Shown piece after piece: positions 30,689 to 40,271 of a DNA stretch of 64,000 bases. The translations under genes were made by a program, and so were the position numbers. Origin of the DNA: a virus (Duplodnaviria; Caudoviricetes); the IMG/VR virus record IMGVR_UViG_3300007513_000003. One strand, 5' to 3'. Below the pieces are notes generated by a model. It saw only the letters and a program-made list of their open reading frames with translations, was not told the DNA's origin and did not search any database. Position 1 is the stretch's first letter. Each line of letters opens with the position of its first letter.

Positions 30689-33600
30689 ATGTATGACATA
30701 ATAAGCAGGGATGACATCGATGACATTCACGAGGCGGCCGCCAAATGCAAAACGAGATATTTTTGGTACGTTGATCATGGTGTTGATTGTACTGGGTTTG
30801 ATTTCAATTGGGTTCCTGTACCATGGGAATCCGAGTTTGTACATATCTTCCCAAGCAAATGGCAACGTGACGGCGGAATAAGATTAGTCAATAAGCAACA
30901 TCCCGAAGAACAAATAAAATTACATAATAGTAATGTTGTTCCACGAGAATCTACGAAAAGAAATTGGATTCTCAATGACGATACTGATTACAGTAACTTC
31001 GACTTCAGTTGGCATCCTGACAATTTGGATGACGATTTTACATACGTCTTTCCTTCGCAGTGGCAAAGAGATGGTGGCACGTACTATGTTACAGAGCCTG
31101 GCGCGCCTAAGAAGTATGTTAGTGATCAGGTAACAAAACGCACAAACTGTTTGGATAACTGGAAACTACCGAATGTAGACACAACTGAGTTCGACTTTAG
31201 TTGGCACCCCGATCCTGCTGAAAAACCTTACACGTATGTTTTCGCTTCGCAATGGCAACGTGATAGTGGAACACACTATATTACAGAACCCGGCGCACCG
31301 CGTAAGTACGCTAATGACCAAACAACAATAAGAGATGTTCCTGTTAGTTCCGATACTAGTGTTGTGTCTGCAGATAATATTAAACATACTAGCGATATTA
31401 AACACGGTTGGAAACTACATGAAGATACAGACTACAGTAACTTTGACTTTAGTTGGCATCCTGATCCATCACACGGAGATTTTACTTATGTGTTTCCTTC
31501 ACAATGGCAAAGAGATGGCGGTACATACTATGTTACAAGTCCTAATGCACCGCGTAAGTATGTTAGTGATCAGGTAACAAAAAGAATACCAAATAAAGAT
31601 AATTGGAGTCTCAACAAATATACTGACTATACTAATTTCGATTTTAGCTGGCATCCTGACCCATCATATGGTAACTACACGTATGTTTTCCCTTCGCAAT
31701 GGCAACGTGATGGCGGCACATATTATGTAACTGCCCTCGATTCGCCTAAAAAGTATATTAGCGACCAAGTAACAAAACGTACCAACTGTCTAGATAATTG
31801 GGAATTGCCAGACAATATAGACACAAGTGAGTTTGACTTTAGTTGGCATCCTGATCCCTCGCACGGCGACTACACATATGTATTTCCTTCATTATGGCAA
31901 CGTAATAGCAATGTTTGTTATACTACAAAAGAAGGTGCACCAAAGAAATACGTAAGCGACCAGGTTATTAGACCACTACCTAAAAAAGAAGATTGGATTA
32001 TTCCTAGTAATATAGACGAAGATAGTTTTGATTTTAGTTGGATGCCTGATCCAGATGATCCCCCATACATATATGTTTTTGGTACACAATGGCAGGAAGA
32101 TGGTGGACCTATATATGAAGTAGAAGGTGCGACTAAAATAAATTATATTGATGAACCAAGAGCAAAAGCATTGCCCACTACAGAACATTGGCATACAGAT
32201 AGTGAAACAGACTATAGCACATTTGATTTTAGCTGGCATCCAGAAGAGTCACAAAAAGACTTTAAACATGTGTTTGGATCACAATGGCAAAAGACTAGTA
32301 AGACGTTTTACTACAATGGCAATAATTCTAATCCAAAAATAAACTATGTAACAGACCAACGTGTAACAAGTAAAAGCGACACATTGCCTCGTTATAATAT
32401 TGAAACAACACTAGAGGATTTAATAAACGATCATCCTACTGAACGCTTTTGGGCGTTGAATTCAGAAATGGATTATGAAGAGTTTGACTTTAGTTGGCAC
32501 CCAGACGCAAGCCAAATGGATTATGTTCACGTGTTTGGGTCTCAATGGCAAAAGCATAGCCAAACATTCTACGTAAATGCTCCTGCCTACTTAAAAGGCA
32601 ATACCCACTTAAATTTTGTGGGAGATCAGAAGGTAGTAGCGAATAGCACCCTGGATATCTTCTATATCGACAAGGGAGGAGAAAATAGCGCAGAACGCTT
32701 TAAATCACTGCTTCTAAGACACCCACAGATGGTCAAGACACGGTTCTTTGGGAATATACGTGATACACTACTACGGTGTGCTAAAAAATCCAATACAGGG
32801 CGATTCTGGGCGATTTCGAGCGAGAACAATTATGACAGTTTTAACTTTGATTGGCATTGCGAACCATGGCAAAATGGAATGCTACATGTATTTGGCAGTA
32901 AGTGGAACAAGTGGAGTAACACGTTTTTAGTAAATGCTGATGATTTTATTCGCACCTTTGACTGGGCAGAAAATATTGAAGATGTTTATAATTTAAATTT
33001 TGTAGAAGATCAACAGGTACAATTGTACGACGACAATAGAGAAATATGGTATGTTGATTTTGGTAACAACGTAGATTTTGCGCCATTACTAGAATATAAT
33101 AAAGCAAGATTCTTTGGTAATTGGTTAGAAACATTAACACGTATTGTAGAAAGAACAGACGAAGATTATATATGGGTATGCGGGAGTATATGTGATTATT
33201 CATTATTTGACTTCGGCTGGGAACCTGAGCCATGGCAACAAGACATGCTTCATGTATTTCCTAGTAATAAGCAACTTGAAGGCGACACTTTTTATGTACC
33301 TGTTAAAAAGTTTAAAGAACAATCTAGTAATTTAAAAGTATTGGGTTGGTTTGATACAGTTAACTATGTTAAAGATATTAATGTTTCGCGTTGTAGTTGG
33401 CCTATAGTTAATAATATACATGAACTAGATACATTATATGGATGGATTTTACACAACAATCAAAAGACTATAGATTATGATCCTCCTTTCTGGAAAACGC
33501 CAGAACTTCACGTTTTTAACAGGAGTGGTAGCGTGTCCTTAGTACCCCGTGACTGTAAAAGGGAATTTCGAACACAATTATATGACTACCCGCATATATT

Positions 33601-34363
33601 GCGCCATTCGGGGTTCAAATGCGAAGATAAACCACTAGATATTGTGTTTATTTCCAATGGAGAAAAAAACGCCAATAAAAATTGGGATCACTTAGTAGAA
33701 GTATATAAGAATAACAACTGTACAAATACACTATTAAGAAGTAGCGGCGTGAATGGTAGAACACAGGCATATCAAGCGGCCGCGAATCTTAGCAGAACAG
33801 AATGGTTTTATGCTGTATTTGCAAAAACAGAAGTGATGCCAGATTTTAAATTTGACCTAGTTCCTAATTATTTAGAAGAAACAAAACATTATATGTTACA
33901 CAGTCGTAATCCTCTTAACGGATTAGAATATGGTGCTATGAATATTAACATGTATAATAGACAGTTAACTTTAGATACTAAGCCCGGATTAGACTTTACT
34001 TTAAGTAGCAATCACGACACTATTCCTATTGTTGCTAGTATTAGTAGATTCAATGAAGATCCATGGGTAACTTGGAGAAGTGCATTTAGAGAAGTATTAA
34101 AACTTAAACGTGAAGTAGATTTAGGTGATCCTAGACCAGAAATTGCATATAGACTTAAAGTATGGTGTACTATTGCAGAAGGGCAGAACGCGGAATGGTG
34201 CTTGGCAGGAGCAAATGATGCATTAGAGTATTACGAACAAGAAAATGGTGATTATAACGCATTGTTAAACAGTTATGATTGGCCATGGTTAAAAGCCTTT
34301 TTCGAAGAACGTTATTCTAATATTAGCAACCCATTACCTCTTGATACCGAGGAAGAGTTTTAA
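30689..34363 (+). CDS. 1224-aa repeat protein with C-terminal GT2-like domain
   Basis: 11 FDFxWxP...VFxxxWQ repeats; C-terminal DIVFISNGE...AYQAAA..S.TEWF similar to 11005 gene. Confidence 0.75.
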   Translation: MYDIISRDDIDDIHEAAAKCKTRYFWYVDHGVDCTGFDFNWVPVPWESEFVHIFPSKWQRDGGIRLVNKQHPEEQIKLHNSNVVPRESTKRNWILNDDTDYSNFDFSWHPDNLDDDFTYVFPSQWQRDGGTYYVTEPGAPKKYVSDQVTKRTNCLDNWKLPNVDTTEFDFSWHPDPAEKPYTYVFASQWQRDSGTHYITEPGAPRKYANDQTTIRDVPVSSDTSVVSADNIKHTSDIKHGWKLHEDTDYSNFDFSWHPDPSHGDFTYVFPSQWQRDGGTYYVTSPNAPRKYVSDQVTKRIPNKDNWSLNKYTDYTNFDFSWHPDPSYGNYTYVFPSQWQRDGGTYYVTALDSPKKYISDQVTKRTNCLDNWELPDNIDTSEFDFSWHPDPSHGDYTYVFPSLWQRNSNVCYTTKEGAPKKYVSDQVIRPLPKKEDWIIPSNIDEDSFDFSWMPDPDDPPYIYVFGTQWQEDGGPIYEVEGATKINYIDEPRAKALPTTEHWHTDSETDYSTFDFSWHPEESQKDFKHVFGSQWQKTSKTFYYNGNNSNPKINYVTDQRVTSKSDTLPRYNIETTLEDLINDHPTERFWALNSEMDYEEFDFSWHPDASQMDYVHVFGSQWQKHSQTFYVNAPAYLKGNTHLNFVGDQKVVANSTLDIFYIDKGGENSAERFKSLLLRHPQMVKTRFFGNIRDTLLRCAKKSNTGRFWAISSENNYDSFNFDWHCEPWQNGMLHVFGSKWNKWSNTFLVNADDFIRTFDWAENIEDVYNLNFVEDQQVQLYDDNREIWYVDFGNNVDFAPLLEYNKARFFGNWLETLTRIVERTDEDYIWVCGSICDYSLFDFGWEPEPWQQDMLHVFPSNKQLEGDTFYVPVKKFKEQSSNLKVLGWFDTVNYVKDINVSRCSWPIVNNIHELDTLYGWILHNNQKTIDYDPPFWKTPELHVFNRSGSVSLVPRDCKREFRTQLYDYPHILRHSGFKCEDKPLDIVFISNGEKNANKNWDHLVEVYKNNNCTNTLLRSSGVNGRTQAYQAAANLSRTEWFYAVFAKTEVMPDFKFDLVPNYLEETKHYMLHSRNPLNGLEYGAMNINMYNRQLTLDTKPGLDFTLSSNHDTIPIVASISRFNEDPWVTWRSAFREVLKLKREVDLGDPRPEIAYRLKVWCTIAEGQNAEWCLAGANDALEYYEQENGDYNALLNSYDWPWLKAFFEERYSNISNPLPLDTEEEF
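30990..32320 (+). repeat. intragenic ~195-bp (65-aa) tandem repeats
   Basis: Repeated TT(C/T)GA(C/T)TT(C/T)AG(C/T)TGG...CAATGGCAA blocks; protein FDFSWHPDP..YTYVFPSQWQRDGG. Confidence 0.85.
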
Positions 34364-35318
34364 CAAATGGTTGTTCTAAAAACCAATTTAAATAAGTAGG
34401 AATTCCTATCTCAATATCCATTGTAGGATTCCAGTCTGTATATTCTTTTAGTTTGTTGCTGTTTAATGTGTCTCTATTAGGATAAAAACTGTCATGTGGC
34501 AATATTTCCATATCTCCACCTAATCTTTCTTGTACCCGCATGGCTGCTTCTAAAATAGTTTTTCCATTACCACGGGTGCAATTAAAAATTTCGTTAGTGG
34601 TGTTTTCATTTATAGCACAGACAGCAAATGCACTAGCGACATCTTCTACCCAACTAAAATCTAATTTATTTTCTGCGCCGTGGACATGTATTTTTCCTGT
34701 AGTTAACGCAGATTCTGCCATTTTACTAATTACTCTAACTATCATATCTCTTGTGCCATACAAAGCACTAGGTCGAAGTATAGCATAGTTTAATCTTTTT
34801 TCTCTATGCCATATTTCGCACATACGTTCGCCTTGTAGTTTATAACTCCCGTACAATGTTTTAGGATCTGTCTTGCTTGTTTCATCTGGCGCTTCACTTT
34901 CAAAATTACCATAAACCATACTACTGCTAGAAAACACAATCTTTTCTACGTTATATTCTGTACATAAATCTAGTGTTGTTGCTGTTGCTGTAATCATATT
35001 GTTGGTAGCATCAACAACATTGCGTTTTACCATGTAAGCGTTTGGATATGTTGCTAGATGTATTACTATATTTGGTTTAAAAGTAGAAAAAACACCGGAC
35101 ATAAACTCTGTATCTTCTATTTTTCCTTGAAACATATGATCAGCACAAGCAAGTTCTTGTCGTTGTTGCAATATACAAAAGTATTCATCGTCTGGAAAAA
35201 TATAATACTGGTGGTAACAGTCTACTACCGCTATTTCGTGACCTTGTTTACGTAGTATGTCGCTAGTATGCGATCCAATAAAACCGTGGCCACCTAATAT
35301 TAAAATTCTTTTAGACAT
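34323..35318 (-). CDS. NAD-dependent epimerase/dehydratase
   Basis: GGHGFIG, SSSMVYG, YGSYK catalytic motif, DFSWVED. Confidence 0.9.
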   Translation of the reverse strand: MSKRILILGGHGFIGSHTSDILRKQGHEIAVVDCYHQYYIFPDDEYFCILQQRQELACADHMFQGKIEDTEFMSGVFSTFKPNIVIHLATYPNAYMVKRNVVDATNNMITATATTLDLCTEYNVEKIVFSSSSMVYGNFESEAPDETSKTDPKTLYGSYKLQGERMCEIWHREKRLNYAILRPSALYGTRDMIVRVISKMAESALTTGKIHVHGAENKLDFSWVEDVASAFAVCAINENTTNEIFNCTRGNGKTILEAAMRVQERLGGDMEILPHDSFYPNRDTLNSNKLKEYTDWNPTMDIEIGIPTYLNWFLEQPFVKTLPRYQEVMGC

Positions 35319-36358
35319 TGTATAACTCTTTCTATTTCATTATTTGTCATATAAGGACAATTGGGTATTGTTAGACTAGTTTGTTGTAAACTTAAACTAT
35401 TATTATATTCTTTTATATTAATATTGAACAGTTTTTCTTGTATAGGTAAAATACTATAATGTATTTGTGTTAATATACCATTAGATTTAAGATGTTTTAT
35501 TAATTTATCTCTGCTTTCGCACTTAATTACAAATTTACTATAGGTACAATCTTCTTTATATACAGGAAGTTCATACTTGTTGCCTATTTCTGTGGTATAT
35601 AGTTTAGCAATATATCGTCTTTTATTTTTATGTTCTGTTAATAAATCTAACGTGTTATTTAATACCACAGATTCTGTGGTACTAATCATGCTATTCATTC
35701 CTAAAACTTCACTAGGAGTAGAATTGTTTATTTTTCCGTGTAATCTTCCTAGAGTTGCTAACTTAGCAAAGTTATCGCTATTAGTAACTAATGCGCCGCC
35801 GCTTCCTAATGTAGTACAGGGCTTGGTAGGACTAAAACTTAGCACACTAAACGCAGAATTACTTAATGGTGCTCCTAGACTTTGCGCCGCGTCTTCGACT
35901 AGTAATAAGTTATTATCATTACAAAACGTTTCAACTAGTTTATTTGCGGGGCTTCCCCATAATGTAACATATAATAATACCTTTGTGTTGTTAGTGATTT
36001 TTTCTTTTGCTTTAGTTAAATCTAGATGATAATCATCCCCAACATCTACAAACACGGGTTTTAGTCCCGCAAGTAAAATGCTAGATGCTGTTGCAATAAA
36101 CGTATAAGCAGGAACAATTACTTCGCTATTGCTAGGTAAATTTAGATTGCGTAAACCTTGTACAAGGGCGTCTGTACAACTATGGAACAATGTTGTATTT
36201 TTTGTATTAATTAAAAAAGATATTTTATTTTCGACTTGTTTAGTTATATCTCCACCCTGACATACTCCGGTAGACAAAACTGAATCTATATCTTGCTTAA
36301 CATTAGACCCTATTTCATTCCAAAGTCTATCAAGATTAAATACTTTTACATCGTCCAT
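35300..36358 (-). CDS. DegT/DnrJ/EryC1/StrS PLP-dependent sugar aminotransferase
   Basis: SCTDAL, TFIATA, EDAAQS.G, SFSPTK (Schiff-base Lys), G.GGA. Confidence 0.92.
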   Translation of the reverse strand: MDDVKVFNLDRLWNEIGSNVKQDIDSVLSTGVCQGGDITKQVENKISFLINTKNTTLFHSCTDALVQGLRNLNLPSNSEVIVPAYTFIATASSILLAGLKPVFVDVGDDYHLDLTKAKEKITNNTKVLLYVTLWGSPANKLVETFCNDNNLLLVEDAAQSLGAPLSNSAFSVLSFSPTKPCTTLGSGGALVTNSDNFAKLATLGRLHGKINNSTPSEVLGMNSMISTTESVVLNNTLDLLTEHKNKRRYIAKLYTTEIGNKYELPVYKEDCTYSKFVIKCESRDKLIKHLKSNGILTQIHYSILPIQEKLFNINIKEYNNSLSLQQTSLTIPNCPYMTNNEIERVIQCLKEF

Positions 36359-36918
36359 TTAACTAGTTCAAAACTCTCCGCATAAGGATTTTTCGTAGAT
36401 GTCCCCCGTAATATAGCAAGAGCACGAGTTTGTTCTAATAATTCATCACTTACATCAATAAATGATGAGCACCAATCTAACTTATCTTGTATAGTATTCA
36501 TTCCAAAAAACACATTTGGATTAAATGATTTATTATTGTTTACATAAGCAGTAACTTCATATTGCAATATAATGCCAGAAAATTTTCTACTACTTGCTAA
36601 TGCTAGTTGATTTACAGTTTGATGGTCTTGATGGCTGTCGCCGTAATGAGGTATTAACAAATAATCGTAATTATTATTGTATAATATATCGTCTAGTCTA
36701 GAAATACTATCACTACTAAAGAAGGGTCTTTGGACATCGTCAAAAAATTCATATTCATATTTTAAATTAAAAGAATTAATGTCAACCGATTCTTCTTTTT
36801 CCTTATAAAAATAAACAATTTTAACAAAACTATTATTGCTAAGTTCGCTTAACAAAAATCCGCCGGCTCCTAACTCTACATCATCTGGGTGCGGACTAAG
36901 AGCTAAGATAGTTTTCAT
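36346..36918 (-). CDS. PIG-L/LmbE family deacetylase
   Basis: LALSPHPDDVELGAGG and DSHQDH motifs; ATGA overlap with the thyX stop. Confidence 0.88.
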   Translation of the reverse strand: MKTILALSPHPDDVELGAGGFLLSELSNNSFVKIVYFYKEKEESVDINSFNLKYEYEFFDDVQRPFFSSDSISRLDDILYNNNYDYLLIPHYGDSHQDHQTVNQLALASSRKFSGIILQYEVTAYVNNNKSFNPNVFFGMNTIQDKLDWCSSFIDVSDELLEQTRALAILRGTSTKNPYAESFELVKWTM

Positions 36919-37826
36919 AATTCCCACTTGTCTTTAAATTCAGAAAGTTCACGCTTGCTCATATCAAAGTGTTTCGCGAGAAGTTCTTCAGATCTATAAT
37001 CTTCTAAAATATCAAACCAGCGTTTACCTGACATAATACGTTTAATAAGACTTTTTTCCATGCGACTCACAGTAGTTGCGTTTTCAATATAATCTTCATA
37101 TGCCTCACACGCCAATGGAAACTTATTTACAATTAAACCATACATTGCTTTTGCTAGTTCTTGTATCTCCCATTGTGCATGGTAGTCTGCTCTTAGTTTT
37201 ACATAATGAAAAAAGTTGTTTAAATCTATTTTCCAATATAATTCTGTATAGTTGTTGAGAGGCAACACCGCACGGGCCAACTCTCTTGATAATCCTTGCC
37301 TAAGATCACTATCAATATTATAATTGTCATTGGGATTCTCCCCTAATAGAGACAAATAATCTTTATAGTTCTCTCTTCCAATTCGCTTAATAGTGTTATG
37401 GCACATAGTTTCTTCAATGGGAATTAACGTACCGTCCCTACCTTGCTTATTGATGACACTTTGTGGTTTAAGGTTTGCTTTATCAGGAACATAAAACTCA
37501 TCTGACATAATACTATATCTGCCAGAATATTCATTCAAGTTTGCCGTTCTGTGTCTTACGTGTTGCCTCATAACAAAAATGGGCATTTTCAAATGGAATT
37601 TAACCTCACACATCTCGAGCGGTGATGTGTGTCGGTGCTTAACTAGATATCTGATAAGTGCCCTGTCGTTACGAGTACCTTTGGTACCATTACCATATGA
37701 TACTCTTGCAGCTTGGACAATTGCTTCGTCTGAACCCATAGTGTCAACGAGTCCTACAAAACCATAGTCCAAATACTTTACATAGTTTTCATCTTTTTCA
37801 AAATTAATGTCTGAAATTTTTGTCAT
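36915..37826 (-). CDS. thyX: flavin-dependent thymidylate synthase
   Basis: AARVSYG, HTSPLE, RQHVRHRTANLNEYSGRY (RHRx7S), LARAVLP, HAQWEI. Confidence 0.95.
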   Translation of the reverse strand: MTKISDINFEKDENYVKYLDYGFVGLVDTMGSDEAIVQAARVSYGNGTKGTRNDRALIRYLVKHRHTSPLEMCEVKFHLKMPIFVMRQHVRHRTANLNEYSGRYSIMSDEFYVPDKANLKPQSVINKQGRDGTLIPIEETMCHNTIKRIGRENYKDYLSLLGENPNDNYNIDSDLRQGLSRELARAVLPLNNYTELYWKIDLNNFFHYVKLRADYHAQWEIQELAKAMYGLIVNKFPLACEAYEDYIENATTVSRMEKSLIKRIMSGKRWFDILEDYRSEELLAKHFDMSKRELSEFKDKWEL

Positions 37827-37832
37827 ATTAAT

Positions 37833-37861
37833 ATTATATGATTATAATTGATTTTTGTCAA
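37833..37861 (-). promoter_or_regulatory. consensus sigma70 promoter, probably leaderless thyX mRNA
   Basis: TTGACA, 17 bp, TATAAT, then 6 nt to the ATG; no SD. Confidence 0.75.
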
Positions 37862-37868
37862 TGCAATA

Positions 37869-38186
37869 TTATAAGTTTTTTAAAACTTTATTTGTTGATG
37901 ATTGTATATCTGTAGTAACTTTTTCAATGTTTAAAACATAGTCAATTGAAAGTACACCATCATAACTTTCTATGCGGTGTGTAAGTTCTTCTTCTAAATC
38001 ACGCGGATCTACTCCTTCTGCTAGGAGATCTATCACACTAACCACAAATTCCTTGCCTTTTTCGTCGTGTAATATTAAGTGATCAATATATTCGATGGGA
38101 ACATTAGTGATATTAATGTTTTCAATAATGTTTTCCCATCGCTTTTTGAAAGATTCGGTTAAGAAAACTTCGTTATGCTGAGACAC
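37869..38186 (-). CDS. hypothetical protein
   Basis: GTG start at 38186 overlapping the upstream stop is preferred over the track start 38330. Confidence 0.55.
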   Translation of the reverse strand: MSQHNEVFLTESFKKRWENIIENINITNVPIEYIDHLILHDEKGKEFVVSVIDLLAEGVDPRDLEEELTHRIESYDGVLSIDYVLNIEKVTTDIQSSTNKVLKNL

Positions 38187-38721
38187 GGGCCTTGGTAGCC
38201 TTCTTCTTGGAAGTTTTCTTTTTAGTTGTCTTTTTTGCTTTCTTAGTAGGTGAAAGTTCTTCTGCTTTAGTAAGTAATCTTTCTGCTTCTGCTTGTAGTC
38301 CTGCGGCTTGCCTACGCAAATCAGACGCAATATTTTCGTCTGTTAAGGCGCCGTCCGTATCTTCTGAAGTTGTGGCTTCCTGTCCGCGTATTGCGGCATT
38401 AACTTCATTTAAAGCAATACTAGTTTTTGTGTCTGGCGTAAGTGCAACATCAGATGCTGGAAGTTTCATAATTCGTCCGCTTGTATGCAAACTTTCTAAA
38501 ATTGGTCTCCCTGCACCATTCATTCTAGTATGTAATACTTCTGCTAGTGTGTTGGCTTGTTGACCTTCATCACTTTCTAAAACTGTTATTAAAGAATCGT
38601 GATCATCTTGAGATAATGATGCTGTTCGCGCTACCAAACAATTATCTGGCTCGCCGGGTACTTCCCTAAAAAGTAATACGATTTTATCGTTAGTTGAAAT
38701 TTGCTTGCCAACGTGTTTCAT
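38173..38721 (-). CDS. hypothetical phage protein
   Basis: GGAG RBS; MKHVGK...LFREVPGEPDNCLV; Lys-rich tail. Confidence 0.7.
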   Translation of the reverse strand: MKHVGKQISTNDKIVLLFREVPGEPDNCLVARTASLSQDDHDSLITVLESDEGQQANTLAEVLHTRMNGAGRPILESLHTSGRIMKLPASDVALTPDTKTSIALNEVNAAIRGQEATTSEDTDGALTDENIASDLRRQAAGLQAEAERLLTKAEELSPTKKAKKTTKKKTSKKKATKARVSA

Positions 38722-38745
38722 ATATTTCTCCGTTTATATTATTGA

Positions 38746-39036
38746 TTATTCAGCAGTCGCGTCTGGTGCGTCTGCTTGTACTTCTTGTTCTGCTGGTTCT
38801 GTTGTAGGAATATGATGTCTTAAAAATAGTACTAGTCTATCATAAGTTACACCCACAGCAGTCATTTCTGCGGCATTCCATGCGCCACGGCGTGCTCCGA
38901 CTTCAATGATTTGCTTTACAGCGGCCAAATCTTTAAGATTAAATTCTGGTGCTTGTCCTGCATCAGGGGATGCTTGTGACGTGCCATCAAGAACATCTAC
39001 TGGGGTTTCTGTTGCATTTTCAGTATTGTCCGACAT
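38746..39036 (-). CDS. hypothetical protein
   Basis: AGGAG RBS; 96 aa. Confidence 0.65.
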   Translation of the reverse strand: MSDNTENATETPVDVLDGTSQASPDAGQAPEFNLKDLAAVKQIIEVGARRGAWNAAEMTAVGVTYDRLVLFLRHHIPTTEPAEQEVQADAPDATAE

Positions 39037-39062
39037 TAGTTTTTCTCCTGATAATTAATTGT

Positions 39063-39566
39063 ATGAAAAGAACCATATTAACTATAATCCTTTCACTAGT
39101 ATTTATTACTATATCATCAGCACAAGAAAATTCTGAACCAGAGCAACCATCGACAGAAACAGTACTAAAATTCTTTACATATGCTCAAGAAGGTTTAGAA
39201 TGTTTATACGCTAACGAAGAACTTATACGATTAATGGATACATATAAGTCATTTAACGAAATATTTCAAGTAATGGCGCCAGATAGAATAAATGATGTTG
39301 ATGTAAGGCTAGGTAAAAATATAGAATTGTTTGAACAATTTGTTTATAGTACAATTGGATATCTAGATAGTATTCCAGATGTTACTGAAGAACAATTAAC
39401 AGAGTTTATTAATGAAAACAGAGATAAAACTTATGAAAAGTTATATTATCGCCGCGACGTTACGGATCCAATACAAATTCGAAAACAAATAATAGAAACG
39501 TTTGAATATGTAAGATGGTGCAGAAACTGGATTAAAGAAGGTTTGGGCGAAACTGCTATTAATTAA
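39063..39566 (+). CDS. putative exported protein (signal peptide)
   Basis: MKRTILTIILSLVFITISSA-Q Sec-type signal; start 39063 preferred over the track start 38949. Confidence 0.6.
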   Translation: MKRTILTIILSLVFITISSAQENSEPEQPSTETVLKFFTYAQEGLECLYANEELIRLMDTYKSFNEIFQVMAPDRINDVDVRLGKNIELFEQFVYSTIGYLDSIPDVTEEQLTEFINENRDKTYEKLYYRRDVTDPIQIRKQIIETFEYVRWCRNWIKEGLGETAIN

Positions 39567-39939
39567 TTTCATTTAAAAGTGGGCATGTTAAAACAAAATA
39601 ACTTGCTTCACTGGGTTCTTCAAACCCCACTACCCATTCCAATGACCAAAGCATATCAAATGTACTAGTTTGATTCTTAATTGGTGAGGTTATTTCTATT
39701 GTTTTATTAAGTGATATTTTAGTATCAAAGCTCAATAAAACCTTTTTTGTAATACAGTAGCGTCCATTGAGTGTAAGATAAATCCATCTATCTATGTCTT
39801 GTACTAGGTCTAATTTTGTGGCAAATGATTTAGATCTAATAGGAATTGTTACAGGTGTGAAATAAGGTGGAATGTTTTCACACTTTCTAGTGTTTAAAAC
39901 ATTGTGTGGATTAACCGTTCTTGTATTATATAGACCCAT
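39559..39939 (-). CDS. hypothetical protein
   Basis: 126-aa ORF behind a TTGACA promoter (39971-39976). Confidence 0.6.
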   Translation of the reverse strand: MGLYNTRTVNPHNVLNTRKCENIPPYFTPVTIPIRSKSFATKLDLVQDIDRWIYLTLNGRYCITKKVLLSFDTKISLNKTIEITSPIKNQTSTFDMLWSLEWVVGFEEPSEASYFVLTCPLLNEIN

Positions 39940-40047
39940 ATATAATATATAGCAAAAATAGTACAGAACCTGTCAATAAACATATTGCAAGAGAGAAAAT
40001 AATCCTTTCAATATTGCTAAAAAGTTTCCAGATCTGTTTTATTTTAT

Positions 40048-40269
40048 CTACCATAACATTCCAATAACGTATATCAGCGTAAGACCTGCGTTAAGAACTA
40101 CAAGGCTGGTTTCCTTCCATAATATACCTGTGAGCGTCCACATACTATTAGCAACAATAAACATCCAAACATACTGCGGATGTATATTAAAGGCCGCTAA
40201 TGTAGCCGCCAGTATTAATATCGCAGTACTCATCCATGCAAGTGTTTGATAAGGTTTTTTAGTACTCAT
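40048..40269 (-). CDS. small membrane protein (PnuC/DUF6552-like)
   Basis: Three hydrophobic segments, W..G..WK..SL...N pattern. Confidence 0.55.
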   Translation of the reverse strand: MSTKKPYQTLAWMSTAILILAATLAAFNIHPQYVWMFIVANSMWTLTGILWKETSLVVLNAGLTLIYVIGMLW

Positions 40270-40271
40270 GT

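Noticed and set aside
30990-32320. Repeats as a CRISPR array or diversity-generating retroelement template
   Set aside because: In-frame coding repeats with synonymous drift; no unique spacers and no reverse transcriptase in the window.
38949-39062. Track-extended N-termini (38949, 38330, 43684, 46265, 52514, 63652)
   Set aside because: They overlap neighbouring genes or promoters; better starts with an RBS or signal peptide lie downstream.
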